Assembly: GCA_038087875.1 (NCBI GenBank)
Contig: CM075990.1
Coordinates: 6,512,001-6,576,000, forward strand
Reading direction: 5' to 3'
DNA from: Malacoraja senta
Taxonomy: Eukaryota
DNA length: 64,000 nt
Position 1 is the stretch's first letter; every line of letters begins with the position of its first letter. Under the pieces are notes generated by a model. The model was not told where the DNA came from, made no database searches, and saw only the letters and a program-made list of their open reading frames with translations. Shown piece by piece: positions 12,426 through 24,617 of this stretch. A program made the translations under genes and the position numbers.

Positions 12426-13089
12426 AGGAAGAGGGCACCCTGGCATCCAGTAGATGGGGTTTGATGGCACATTGGCAGTGGTGAGCCTTGTATGATTCAG
12501 GGTCGTTGTGTTAGTGATTTATTTTAGTCTTCACAGCACAAGCCATTGGCTCAGGGAAGCTGAAACATTGTCCTCTCCTGGTGCTTTTCAGCTGCCAGTC
12601 ATTAGAGAATCCCTTATGGATATTTTGGAAAAAGTTGCAAGGTACCTTCCTGGAATTATTGCACCATGTTTTCTTCATTATTGTTTGGGTGAAGTTGCTC
12701 CTAAAGGCACAAGTTGAGGAGAATTCCGAGGATTGCAAGTCTATAATATCGCCAAGAATCAGAGAGAAACTTAAAGTTATTAATAAAATCTGAAACAAAA
12801 ATCTATTTTCAGTCATGGAACCATAAAAGCTCATTGAGTTCATTAATGTTCATCAGGGAAGGGAATCTGTTATCCTTTCCTGGTCTGGTCAATTTTTCAG
12901 AATCTTTCACCGTATGAGATTCCTCTGTGTGCTTCTCTTTCCTCCCGCTTCCTAAAGACAGGTTTAATGGGGTAACTGACCATTTTAAGTTGCCCTTAGT
13001 GAGTCGGTATCCAGCATACAAATCAGCAAAATTATCGCCAAAAAGCTCAGTACAGTATGGACAGACCCGTACTAATATAAGACAAATAT

Positions 13090-13420
13090 TGGGCTGCACG
13101 GTGGCATAGTTGTAACGCTATTGCCTTACAGCACCAGAGACCCGTTCACACTTGACCATGGGTGCTGTCTGTAAGGAATTTGTACATTCTCCCTGTGACC
13201 TGCGTGGGTTTTCTCCGAGATGTTCGGTTTCCCCCCACACTCCAAAGACGCCCAGGTTTGCAGATTAATTGGCTCGGCATAAACGCATAAATGTTTAAAA
13301 AAATTGTCCCTAGAGTGTCTAAGGGTAGTGTTAATGTGCGGGGATCGCTGGTCGGTGCGGACTCGGTGGGCCGGAGGGCCTGTTTCCACGCTGTATCTCT
13401 AAACCAAACTAAACGAAACG
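13090..13420 (+). mobile_element. HE1-like V-SINE
   Basis: Head GGGCTGCACGGTGGC, V-domain, tail GGGCCTGTTTCCACGCTGTATCTCTAAAC. Confidence 0.88.
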
Positions 13421-14127
13421 CTCTTGGCCGGTTGTGAGTCTGAACTATCATCAGACAGGCAGAGAAATGGGGGCCTGCTCGTGTAGCGAGGGCTCATTTA
13501 GATTCTGGGGTCGAGGGGAGAGGTTGTTTCCAGAGCAGGGAGGGTAACGCAGAATATGAGCCCAGTCTTGCCCAGTCTTGCGGAAGACCATTTCCCTCAG
13601 GAGCATGGAGAGTCTGAACGCTCCCGTCCTGCAGCAGTTTGGAAGCACCCCAACCCTGATGTTCCATGGTTCGCTTAGTGATTTATGTATTTTAATTTTG
13701 TTTAACTACCGCATGCCTTCCAGTCAGAGCTGCCATCTTTGTTACAAGGCATTTCGGAGCTTCTGACGTGAAACCCCTTGACCCTGTAATTTCTGCAGCC
13801 ATATTTCATCGGCAGTAGTCGGCTGGGATGAAGTTATCCTCCCTCCACCCCCGATCCTCCGCAGCCTAGATCTGACCTAGCACTGACCCCATCCCAAACA
13901 GGGCCATTTACAAACAGTTCACACAAAGGGGGCAGGTTCCATTGAAGGCGTTGTATAGTGGTCTGACTGAAGCAGGGTTAGGAATGGCAGTTTAAAGTGG
14001 AGGGGGGGGGGCATGTAACAAGGACAGGGTTGTTTAAGTGGAGACGGGGGGAACTGCAGATGCTGGTTTACAAAAAAAGGCACAAAGTGCTGAAGCAACC
14101 CAGCTGATCAGCTCTGGAGAACATCGA

Positions 14128-14445
14128 TTAGTTTAGTTTGGTTTAGTTTCGAAATACAGCCCGGAAATAGGCCTTTCGGCCCACCGACTCCACGCCGACC
14201 GGCGATCCCAGCTCTTTAACACTATCCTACACACACTAGGGACAATTTCCAATTTATAGAAGCCAATTAACCTACAGACCTGTACGTCTTTGGAGTGTGG
14301 GAGGAAACCAAAGATCTCGGAGAAAACCCACGCAGTCACGGGGAGAACGTACAAACTCCGCACAGACGGCACCTGTAGTCTGGATTGAACCTGGGTCTCT
14401 GGTGCTACAAGCGCTGTAAGGCAGCAACTCTACCGCGGCGCCACC
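14128..14445 (-). mobile_element. HE1-like V-SINE inserted in a Penelope pLTR
   Basis: Full SINE; the pLTR sequence at 14050-14125 resumes at 14450-14485. Confidence 0.88.
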
Positions 14446-14503
14446 TTAAAAGGTGACGTTTCAGGTCAGGATACTTCTTTAGACTGTTTCTTTAAATCTT
14501 TAA

Positions 14504-15291
14504 AGAAGTCAGCCATAATTTTAGCTGGAACTGTTTTTCTAACTGCTGCCTATACCCCCAGAATCTCTGCTATCAGATTTCTCCAAACCTGCTCTTACAC
14601 CTATGTTTTGCCTTGTACGAAAGTCAAATTTCATGGGGACTTTCTGCAGCCCCTGCATCCAACCCCAGTATTCCTACCTCATTGTTTGGCACAGTTAAAA
14701 AGCCCCTATCCCACTTAGGAGACCTAAACAGCGACCTCTGGTGACCTTGCCCGCCACCCAAAAAAAAAATCAAGATGGAGATGACCTGCAACCTCCTACC
14801 ACCTCCCACGCATATGTTGAAAACCTTCCTCGACTATGAAGAAAACCGGCTTCGACTCGACCTGCGACTAAAAAATGATCGATTTTTAAAACGGCAACCT
14901 ATTTGTAGTCGAGGCCGGTTTTAAACATGATGAAAAAATAGCAGCAACCTAGATGAGGCCTCGACCATGCGGAAACCACTTTCGACCATTAGGGAGAGTG
15001 ACCAAAACCTCCGGTGACCTCATGGAAACCTTGGGTGGTGGACAAGGTCACCAGAGGTTGCTGTTTAGGTCTCCTAAGTGTGACAGGGGCTTCAGAAAGT
15101 GGTGGTGGTGGTAGAGGGGAGAGTGTTGGGGGGGGGGGGGGGTGGCTGGAGAAAGTCCCCATTTAATTTGACTTTCGTACAAGGCAAAACATAGGTGTGG
15201 AAGGAAGTTTGGAGAAATTTGATAGCGTAGATTCTGGGGGAATAGACAGCAGCTAGCAAAACAGTTCTTGCTATAATTATGGCTGACTTCT
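14504..15291. mobile_element. Old palindromic MITE with ~148-bp TIRs (possibly Kolobok/T2-like)
   Basis: 14504-14651 is the reverse complement of 15144-15291 (roughly 85-90% by eye); flanks TTAA / TTAC; termini AGAAG. Confidence 0.7.
14701..15091. mobile_element. Harbinger-like MITE
   Basis: ~60-bp TIR AGCCCCTATCCCACTTAGGAGACCTAAACAGCGACCTCTGGTGACCTTG / CAAGGTCACCAGAGGTTGCTGTTTAGGTCTCCTAAGTGTGACAGGGGCT. Confidence 0.8.
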
Positions 15292-15464
15292 TTACACATT
15301 CTTTAAGCTATTTTTTAGCTTTTCACTGTACCTCGGTACATGTGACAATAAACTAAACTCTGCAACTGTTCAACTACTAGTTCACAGCAGTTTCAGGAAC
15401 ATAAAATGGTTAAGAGATTAATTGGAACTGGGTCCAAATGCAGATTCTGCCCCCAAGATCTCCT

Positions 15465-15862
15465 GTGACTTCTCTAACTTCAAGTAACCCCAGCATTCCC
15501 TCTCTCTCTATCCCTCTCCCAACCAAGTCATACCAGCTTCTCGTTTTGACCCAACAAACAGTCTATGATACGATACGATACGATATGATAGAACTTTATT
15601 TATCCCAGGAGGGAAATTGATTTGCCAACACTCATAAAAGCACAAAATCCATGAAACATGAAATTAGAAAAGGAAACAATGGCTTGTTTCCTTTATCATC
15701 GTAACATTTTTTACATCTTTCATTAATTGTTCTTTATCTCTCTACATCATTGTCTATATCTCTCGTTTCCCTTATCCCTAACTAGTCCGAAGAAGGGTCT
15801 CAACCCAAAACGTCACCCTCCAGAGATGCTGCCTGTCCCGCTGAGTTACTCCAGCTTTTTGT
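15465..15862 (+). mobile_element. Penelope-like ORF end, 3' UTR and pLTR with an internal LINE tail
   Basis: TTCTCTAACTTCAAGTAACCC...CCGAAGAAGGGTCTCAACCCAAAACGTC; (GATAC)n-tailed insert at ~15565-15670. Confidence 0.7.
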
Positions 15863-16359
15863 CCAATTCCTGTGACAAGCACGTGTTTGCCAGCATTCCG
15901 CACAGATCTCCATTAAAGAGAAAATGACATGTGTGAGACTTTACCTTGAAGCAACTCGACCAACCTCCGGTCAATGCTGTAGAAACAATCTCATGATAAA
16001 AACTGATGCTTCAGATAACAAAAATAATCATCAAACTAATATTTTCAGCCAGATACTTAGAGATCATTTGACTTCCAGTGCGAGTACTACCTTCTCACCT
16101 TTTAATCCTAAATTAGGTGGAAAGGTCGTATTTCAGAAGCGACAGATCATAGGGATTATTAAGGGTGTTTTCCTGGAGGATTCCTTTGAGCAAAATTGGA
16201 TGCAATCAGGGTGAGTCCTAATTACATCTTCTTAATTAAGGCCGAGCCTATTGCACAATATTTAATTAAAACTCAAGTGGTGTATAGTTTGCACATGCAG
16301 AGGGAGTTGGGAGGGTCAAGGAAAAGGAAAGAAAAACTACAAAGAACTTTAATTTCTTT

Positions 16360-16495
16360 GCGTAGGAAGGAACGGCAGATGCTGGTTTAAACCGAAGACA
16401 GACACAAAAAGCTGGAGTAACTCAGCGGAACAGGCAGCATCTCTGGAGAGGAGGAATGGGTGACATTTCAGGTCGAGACCCTTCTTCAGACTGAC
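16360..16495 (-). mobile_element. Penelope-like pLTR
   Basis: GTAGGAAGGAAC..AGATGCTGGTTTAAA...GGTCGAGACCCTTCTTCAGACTGA. Confidence 0.8.
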
Positions 16496-16611
16496 TGTGG
16501 CTGCACACGGCAGAGTATAAAATTCAGGGGAGAACTGCTTTGATAAGCTTGCAGGGAAACAAGGAGTAGTGATGAGCAGCCTCCTGTGTGTAACAACAGG
16601 TGCACAGTGAG

Positions 16612-16835
16612 CGCGGTGAATCTGTGGAATTCTTTTACCACAAAAGGCAGTGGAGGCAAAGTCAGTGGATATATTTAAGGCAGAGATAGATAGATTCGTG
16701 ATTAGTACGGGTGTCAGGGGTTACGGGGAGAAGGTTGGAGAAAGGGGTTAGGAGGGAGAGATAGATCAGCCATGATTGATTGGCGGAGTAGACTTGCTGG
16801 GCCGAATGGCCTGATTCTGCTCCTATCACATGATT
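16612..16835 (+). mobile_element. CR1 3' end
   Basis: GGTGAATCTGTGGAATTC...GGCCGAATGGCCTGATTCTGCTCC. Confidence 0.85.
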
Positions 16836-17669
16836 TGAATGCAGGTGCCAAGCATTGATATTCCACATGTGTAAAAGTGGGTGATTAAAGCGTTTTATTT
16901 GCAAGCGACGCCGGTGAGCCCGACATGGATCTTACCGTCTGAGAGCAGAAAATGAGAGAGACCGTAATCCTCCAAAACTGAGCAGGAAGAAACGAAATGC
17001 CCTGAAGCAGAAATCAGACCCAGCATGTTGACCATCCACTCGAGCCCGCTTTTACCAGGTCTCCGCAGGAAGAATCTTCATGGTGCATTACCCGAGAGGG
17101 GGGAAAGGATTCCTTCTGAACACTGCGTGGAAGACTCTGTCCAGCAGGCATCTTCTTAGCAAGCTGATTTAATAAATCAGCTGGATCTCATAAAATGTCG
17201 CTGGACGGACAAAGGCTGTGAAAAATTTACTCCCTTCCCCACTGATTAAGGAACTTTGTGCCTTTGTTTCGAGGTGTCCATTCAGCTCTGGGCTCTCCTC
17301 GCCCTTTGGAAGAAGCAAAGAATTATGGTCGGTCAGGCTCCAATCACACAGTTACTGATCAAAGCCCAGAGGTGAAGCAACAAGAGACTATCATGGCACT
17401 GAGGAGATGAAGGACAATTACCAAATAATTGACATTCCTTTAATTCACTTGCAATGCTGCCCCATAGCAACAACACCTCCACTGTAATATATGGCTGCGA
17501 AAGTTCCTGACCTCAGCTAATAGTACATGTAGCTCGGGAATAAATTGGTAGTTCAACTCCTAATGAGTACTGTTCATTTTCCTTCCAGCTTTCTCTATAA
17601 CTACACTTCACCAATAAAGCTGAACGAAGATTAACCCATTCCTTTGCTCGGTGTCATTTCGCTCAGTTG

Positions 17670-18120
17670 TAGAGATGCGGCATGGAAACGGGCTCATCGG
17701 CCTGCCGAGCCCACGCCACCCGTCAATCACCCATTCACACTTGTTCTCTGCTATCTCACTTTCTCATCCACTCCCCCGGGGTCAAGGAAAGAGCGTTCAC
17801 TTCGCGGAACCTGTTTCCACCAATCTTTCCACCACCACGCACAAGAAGCACAAGACAGACACCATTGTATGCAGATGCCGAGACGTGTGTTCAGCTCTGG
17901 CTGAACAACTTCTAATCTTGTGTGTGGACTTGATAAGAAGAAGATCCACTCCCCATGCACCAGAGGTGTTTTTACAGAGGCTTAGTTAACCTACAAACCC
18001 CGCACGTCTTTGGGATGTGGGAGGAAGCCGGAGAACCCGGAGGAAACCCACGAGGTCACGGGGAGAACGTGCAAACTACACACAGACAGCTACTGAGGTC
18101 AGAATCCAACCTAGGTCTCT
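17670..18120 (-). mobile_element. V-SINE (older subfamily) split by an insertion
   Basis: SINE tail at 17670-17776; body resumes at ~17955-18120. Confidence 0.75.
17777..17943 (+). mobile_element. 167-bp non-LTR 3' fragment with (GAA)n tail and 11-bp TSD, family unassigned
   Basis: ATCCACTCCCC duplicated at 17766-17776 and 17944-17954; insert ends GATAAGAAGAAG. Confidence 0.7.
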
Positions 18121-18124
18121 AACA

Positions 18125-18333
18125 CCGTTCCCTCCAAAACTCCCTGGTCAACTCGTCCCTTCCCACCCAAACCACCCCCTCCCCAGGTACTTTCCCCTGC
18201 AACCGCAGGAGATGCGACACCTGTCTCTTTACCTCCCCCCTCAACTCCATCCAAGGACCCAAACATCTTTCCAGGTGAGGCAGAGGTTCACTTGCACCTC
18301 CTCCAACCTCATCTACTGTATCCGCTGTTCCAG
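18125..18333 (+). mobile_element. Penelope-like ORF fragment (linker and start of GIY-YIG)
   Basis: ...SFQVRQRFTCTSSNLIYCIRCSR, preceded by PGTFPCNRRRC-like sequence. Confidence 0.8.
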
Positions 18334-18334
18334 A

Positions 18335-18668
18335 TAGGACAATGAAATTCTTGCTTGCTGCAGCACAACAGAATATTGCAGGCATAAATACAGAACAGAT
18401 CAGGGTGTCTATATACCATAGACCATATATATACACATAGATAAACACATAAAGTGCAATAGGCTGTTATAGTTCAGTTTGTTTGAAGTTGTGTTTAATA
18501 GTCTGATGGCTGTGGGGAAGAAGTTGTTCCTGAACCTGGATGTTGCAGATTTCAGGCTCCTGTACCTTCTACCTGAAGGCAGCGGAGAGATGAGTGTGTG
18601 GCCAGGATGGTGTGGGTCCTTGATGATGTTGGCAGCCTTTTTGAGGCAACAACTGCGATAGATCCCCT
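18335..18668 (-). mobile_element. Rex1/Babar 3' end
   Basis: CLKKAANIIKDPHHPGHTLISPLPSGRRYRSLKSATSRFRNNFFPTAIRLLN. Confidence 0.85.
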
Positions 18669-19179
18669 CTTTGTGTCCTGGGGGGCACATCCTGCAGCCG
18701 ACCTCATAGGCTTTCCCCCCACATCCCAAGGACGTGTAAGGTTGGTAGGTTAATTGGCCACTGTAAATTGCCCTTATTGTATAGTGAGTGGGAGCTACTG
18801 CGAATGTGTGGAGGATGGGCCACATGGGAAAATATTAGGGATTGCTTCATGAGCCAGCAGAGATATGATGAGCTGTAAGGCCGCCTTCAATGTTGCCTGG
18901 AAATACAGAAACCTTGTTTTGTTCAAGATTGGCCTTGACAGAAAGTGCAAGTCAGACTTTGTGGCAGAAAGAACAGCGTTCAAGGCCATAAAAGTAATTG
19001 ACTAATTTGCTGTGCATTGCATAAACAATGCTGTTTATTGAGATTTTATCGCCTCAGTGAGACTTATACATCCAGGTTTATAGCTTAGCAAGACTCTGCT
19101 ATGCTATTATCCAATGTGCTCCTCTATATTGGCAGAATTTTTGGGAGGTGAGTCAAAAGCCTCCAAAGACAGCACCCCT

Positions 19180-20260
19180 TCGTGAGAGAATCTCGGACCA
19201 GAAAGCACAGAAAACAAAGATGTACTTTTAAAATTGAGATGAAGACTTTATTTCATCAGAGGGTGGTGAATATGTGGAATTCTTTGCCACAGACAGCTGT
19301 GGAGGTCAAGTCATTGGGTATTTTTAAGGCAGAGATTGATAGGTTCTTGATTTGTAAGGGCACCAAAGATTACGGGGAGAGGGCAGGAGGATGGGGTTGA
19401 GAGGGAAAGATAGATCAGCCATGATCGAATGGTGAAGCAGACTCAATGGGCAAATAGGCCTAATTTTGCTCCTGTGCTCATAGTCTGATGGACATGGTCC
19501 TATTGTGCTCGTTGTTCAGATCTATATTTAGGGTTCTGGTGAAGGCACACCTGGATAACTGGTCACAGATTTGTTCTTCTTATTTAAGAATGGATACACT
19601 GGCATTAGAAGCTGTCCAAAAGAGATTTACTGGGCTAATTCCAGAGATGAAAGGGTTGTCTTATCACAAGAGGCTAAAGGAATTAAATCTATGCAGTTTG
19701 GAGTTCATGTTGATGCATCTATGACCTTTTGCGGCATAACAGGTTAGGCATCGAGATGTTTCCACTCAAGGGACAATCTCGAATGAGGTGACATGGTAAC
19801 AATATTAGGGGGAAAAAAGCACAAAGTGCTGGAGTAACTCAGCGTGTCAGGCAGCATCTCTGGGGGACATGGATAGGTGTTTCGGAACATGGAACATGTT
19901 TCGGATCAAAACCTTTTTCAAGAGCGCAGCCTGACCCGCTGAGTTACTCCAGCACTTTGTGTTTTTTTCTTGTAAACCATTTTGCAAGGCATCTGGAGTT
20001 CCTTGTATCTTCCATATTAGGGGGTGGTCATTAAAAGTGGCTGTAAGACATTTTTCGTGCAGAGGGCTGATGAGTCTCTGAAATTCTCTTATCCAGAGCG
20101 TCGTGGAGGATAGTTCATTGGAGATATTTAAAGAAGAAATCAGTACATTTTTGAAATGTCAGTGAACCAAGGGTGCAGAAGAGGAGTGAGGCGTAACTGA
20201 TCATCTATGAGATGGCGTGGCAGAGTTGAGTGACCGAATGGCCTCCTCCTGCTCTAAATG
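19180..20260 (+). mobile_element. CR1 fragments with an inverted pLTR pair at ~19815-20012
   Basis: QRVVNMWNSLPQ and LEAVQKRFTGLIP peptides; CR1 3' UTR; pLTR palindrome bracketed by ATATTAGGGG. Confidence 0.75.
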
Positions 20261-20413
20261 TTCTTTTGTTAAACTTTTCCAACAGCATCCCAGCAGGCTA
20301 TTTGGGCCATCAGTCCTGACCTGGTTCTTTGAAATTGGTTCCACTCTCCTTTTCCCCTGAGCTCTGTGATAATCTGCTCGGCCAAAGCATTCCCAACCTT
20401 CTTCAGAAAGTTA

Positions 20414-21273
20414 AGGGCCTGTCCCACTTAGGCTATTTTTTAGGCGACTGCAGGCGACTAGGCTGTCGCCTCATGGTCACTAGGGTGTCACCAGTATGGT
20501 CGTGAGTAGTCTCCTCAGTCGCCCAAAGAGTTGTAGCGTCTTTCTGGTCCCCGCTGGATTTTCAACATGTTCAAAAATTTTCGCCGACATTCGGTGACAG
20601 TGGGCTTGACGCCAATGAGCGTAGCTTGACTTCTCCTGACGTAGATGCTGTCGTAGGTTGTCGCCAGGTGACGTAGGTTGTCTCCGGTGCTGACTTTGGT
20701 GAATTCCATTGACGATTACCGACGTCAGCCTACGTCAACCAGCGACAGGTACCAGCGACTGAATTGTCTTCAGTTATCGCCGACAGGGTCATTGCTTGTA
20801 GCTTGTCGCGGGTGAACGTAGGTTGACTTTGGTTGTCGTAGGTTGTTGCCTGTGCGGTCATAGGTTGTCGTAGGTGAGGTCATAGGTCAGTGGTTCTTAA
20901 CCTGGGGGTCGTGACCCCTATGGGGGTCGTTTGGGGCTTTGGCGGGGGTCATGAAGGGGACACAAATAACATATCAATTTGTTGAGCCCATCTTTAGGAA
21001 CCTAACAAGAGTACATACCACATACAGTATTTTGTTTGCGTGTGTGCGTATTGGTGCCAAAAAGGTTAAGAACCACTGTGTAGGTGGACGTCCTAATTGG
21101 TCGCCGGTTGCCGGTAGCTTGACGTAGCTTGACATCGACTAGGTTGTAAGTTGTTGTAGCTTGTCGCAGACATTGTCGTAGGGGGGGTCCAGTTGCCGTT
21201 TTTTCGGCGACCTGCTACGACTATGACAGTCGCCGGCAGTCGCCTAAAAAATCATCGAAGTGGGACAGGCCCT
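20414..21273. mobile_element. Harbinger-like MITE (860 bp)
   Basis: ~45-bp TIR AGGGCCTGTCCCACTT..TTTTTAGGCGACTGC; perfect TTA TSD; interior of repeated GTCGTAGGTT-like motifs. Confidence 0.85.
20888..21078. mobile_element. hAT/Charlie-like MITE nested in the Harbinger MITE
   Basis: Perfect 16-bp TIR CAGTGGTTCTTAACCT/AGGTTAAGAACCACTG; imperfect 8-bp TSD tcataggt / t-gtaggt. Confidence 0.8.
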
Positions 21274-21362
21274 TTATGGTCAGATCTATTCCTCTCATCC
21301 CTCGCAATAGGTTTATTGAAAAGTTCAACAAAGCAAGCACCAATAGCCCTGAGCATTCTGAT

Positions 21363-21678
21363 GTTTAGTTTAGTTTAATTTAATTTAGAGATGCAGCGCA
21401 GAAACAGGCCCTTTGGCCCACTGAGTCCGCGCCGACCAGCAATCCCCGCACACGAACATTATCTTACACACTAGGGATAATTTACATTTATACCAAGCTA
21501 ATTAATTTTCAAACCTGCATGTCTTTGGAGTGTAGGTGGAAACCGGTGCTTTCCAGAGAAAACCACGCAGGTCATGGGGAAAACGTACAATCACCGTACA
21601 GACAAGCACCCGTGGTCAGGATTGAACCTGGGTCTCTGGCGCTGTAAGGCAGTAACTCTACCGCTGCGCCACCGCGCC
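21363..21678 (-). mobile_element. HE1-like V-SINE
   Basis: Full head, V-domain and tail structure. Confidence 0.88.
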
Positions 21679-22363
21679 GGATTATTTTGTTAAACAAGGT
21701 GGTGGAATAGGAATGATCTTATGGGGAGCACGGTGCCCCTTTAAGTGGTGCCTGCCTTTTATATTAGGAAGTTTTTAGAAGGATAGCTTGTCTGCTATTA
21801 AAAAAAAAGTACGGTTGTTAGTACAAGTTCTTGGGCTTCAGCCTCAAGAATGTTGCCATTTTCTTTGCAAGTGTTGAAATGAGCTGTTCAACTGCAGCAG
21901 CACCTAAACAAATGGAATGGGTTGTATATTTTCAGGCTTGAATTGATAGCACAATTGATATTTGTGCTCCTTTCAAAATACTCATTGTGGATGAAACAAA
22001 AGCACCTTTGTCCATGTGTATATCTGCAATAAATTGGTTTTGGTTGTATTAATGGCTTCCAAGTAAACAAAACACATTACATCACTACCTCACATTACTG
22101 GAGACTAAAGTGTGCTTCCATAACCTTTGATCTGCTGCCAATTTTGTTTAAAGACGAAAACGTCTTGAATAATGGGTGACATTGTGAAGTGAGCTGAAAT
22201 TCGATATCTAATATAATTTAATTGATTTTCAATATGTGTTTAAATTTTTTATCTCAAAGGTTGGTCTCTCTTGGCCCACAAGCGATCCTTTATGAGATGT
22301 TCCCCCCCCCCCCACATCTTTTTCCAAGTTGTGATCCCAGTTTCCGATTTCCCAGACTGTCTT

Positions 22364-22692
22364 TGTTTCCACTAGTGGGAGAGTCTAGGACTAGAGGTCA
22401 TAGCCTCAGAATTAAAGGATGCTTTTTTAGGATGGAGTTGAGGAGAAATTTCTTTAGTCAGAGGGTGGTGAATCTGTGGAATTCTTTGCCACAAAAGGCC
22501 GTGGAGGCCAAGTCAGTGGATATTTTTAAGGCAGAGATAGATGGAGTTTTGATTAGTGCAGGTGTCAGAGGTTATGGGGAGAAGGCAGGAGAATGGGGTC
22601 AGGAGGGAGAGATAGATGAGCCAGGATTGAATGGTGGAGTAGACTTGATGGACCGAATGGCCCAATTCCACTTCTAGCACTTATGACCTTTG
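22364..22692 (+). mobile_element. CR1 3' end
   Basis: FPLVGESRTRGHSLRIKG..RRNFFSQRVVNLWNSLPQ. Confidence 0.88.
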
Positions 22693-23079
22693 GAGTCTGT
22701 CCTGAAATGAATGCATGTTGTTCGTTAATTTGAGCTTCCGTGCAATTAATCAGGTTTTTTCTATCTCCAGTTGTTTCTCCTTTCAAACAGAAATCAGAGA
22801 GTTTAGGTTTAACTTTCTGAGAGGATGTGTGCAGAGTTTGCTGAATTTAGATGGAGTGGAAACCAGGTTACAGAAGAGAAATTAAATATCAAAATCTTTC
22901 CTGCTCCTTGGCCCTGGCAATGATTTTCCTGTGCAGTCTGTCTGTTTGGTCGGTTTGCACCAGACCTGACTGTGAGACTTCCGACAAATAGCCATATCGC
23001 TGTTTGTGTGATGCGCATGAAAAATAAACTTGGTACCGAGTATTAAGGAGAGGATAGCAACTCTGATGATTTAACAAGA

Positions 23080-23286
23080 GGACACTCAAAATGCTGGAGT
23101 AACTCAGCGGATCAGGTAGCATCTTTGGAGAAAATGAATAGGTGACCTTTCTGAGAGAGTGATGGCCCTCGACCCAAAACGTCGCCTATCCTTTTTCTCC
23201 AGAGATGTTGCCTGACCCGCTGAGTTACTCCAGCATTTTGTGTCCCATCTTCAGTGTAAACCAGCATCTGCAATTCCTTCCGACAC
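23080..23286. mobile_element. Inverted Penelope-like pLTR pair
   Basis: Minus then plus pLTR; TTTAACAAGAGG repeated on both sides (~23070 and ~23289). Confidence 0.75.
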
Positions 23287-23746
23287 TCTTTAACAAGAGG
23301 GCTGCTCTTCCTAAAGAGTAGGAGGGAAATGCATATAGATGGTAGCTGTAGACACCGGGTACATTGTTATAGACTCTGTAATATAGAGGAAGCTTTGAGA
23401 ATGGATGAGTTGGAGGTTTTTTTTGTAGGGTACCTGGAATAATTTGAACCAGTGCTATGGGGTGATTTCACTCTGCCTGAGGGAGCTAAGCGGGCCTCAG
23501 TTCAGGGTCTCTTCCTAAAGATGGCGCCTCTTCAACTGGGAAGACGTTTGTTAAGCTGGAAAGAGTGCAGAGAAGATTTACGAGGATGTTGCCTGGACTC
23601 AAAGGCCTGAGCTGTGCCGAGAGTTGGGCAGGCTAGGATTTTATTCCTTGGAGCGCAGGAGGAGGAGGTGTGATGTTATTAAGGTGTATGGCCCTACTCC
23701 TGCACATATTGTCTATTGTCAATTTTCCATTGTATAAGGTGTATTA

Positions 23747-23987
23747 AGAGCCTGTCCCACTTTCACGACCTAATTCACGACCTTTTTTACTCGATGATGA
23801 TATTTTTCATCATGCTAGAAAAACGCCCCGACCTACTTGATGCCACGAGTACCTACGACTAGCATCATGACCTACCTACGACCTACCTACGCCCTCCTAC
23901 GACCTCGTGACGACCATGCTGCGAGTATGAGTCAAGGGCAAGCTCGTCAGAGGTCGTGAATTAGGTCGTGAAAGTGGGACAGGCCCT
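23747..23987. mobile_element. Harbinger-like MITE (241 bp)
   Basis: TIR AGAGCCTGTCCCACTTTCACGACCTAATTCACGACCT and its reverse complement; CTACGACC repeats; flanks TTA/TAA. Confidence 0.85.
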
Positions 23988-24191
23988 TAAGATCACCAGG
24001 GGAACAGATAGGGTAAATGCACAGTCTTTTACCCAGAGTAGAGGATTCAACAAACAGCAGACCTAGGTTAAAGTTGGGAGGGGCAAGATTTAATAGGATC
24101 CTAAGGGACAATTTATTTCACCCACAGAGTGGTGGATAAATGGAACGAGCTGCCAGAGGAGGTAGTTGAGGCAGGTACGATAACAACATAT

Positions 24192-24617
24192 CGTAGTAAA
24201 CACTGCCCAGTCCATCATCGGCTCTGACCTCCCTTCCATCGAGGGAATCTACCACAGTCGCTGCCTCAAAAAGGCTGGCAGCATCATCAAGGACCCACAC
24301 CATCCTGGCCACACACTCATCTCCCTACTACCTTCAGGTAGAAGGTACAGGAGCCTGAAGACTGCAACGACCAGGTTCAGGAACAGCTACTTCCCCACAG
24401 CCATCAGGCTATTAAACCTGGCTCGGACATAACACTGAACTTTACTAGCCAATACTGTTATTTGCACTTTATCAGTATATTGACCATTGTGTATATATTT
24501 ATAGAATGCCTTGTAGTAAATGCCTACTATGTTCTGTTGTGCTCAAGCAAAGCAAGAATTTCATTGTCCTACCAAGGGACACATGACAATAAACTCACTT
24601 GACTTGACTTGACTTGA
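24192..24617 (+). mobile_element. Rex1/Babar 3' end
   Basis: AQSIIGSDLPSIEGIYHSRCLKKAGSIIKDPHHPGH...; tail ACATGACAATAAAC followed by (ACTTG)n. Confidence 0.85.

Noticed and set aside
20640..21200. Regularly recurring GTCGTAGGTT motifs resembling a repeat-spacer array
   Set aside because: Short, irregular subterminal motifs inside a TIR-bounded MITE in eukaryotic DNA; not CRISPR
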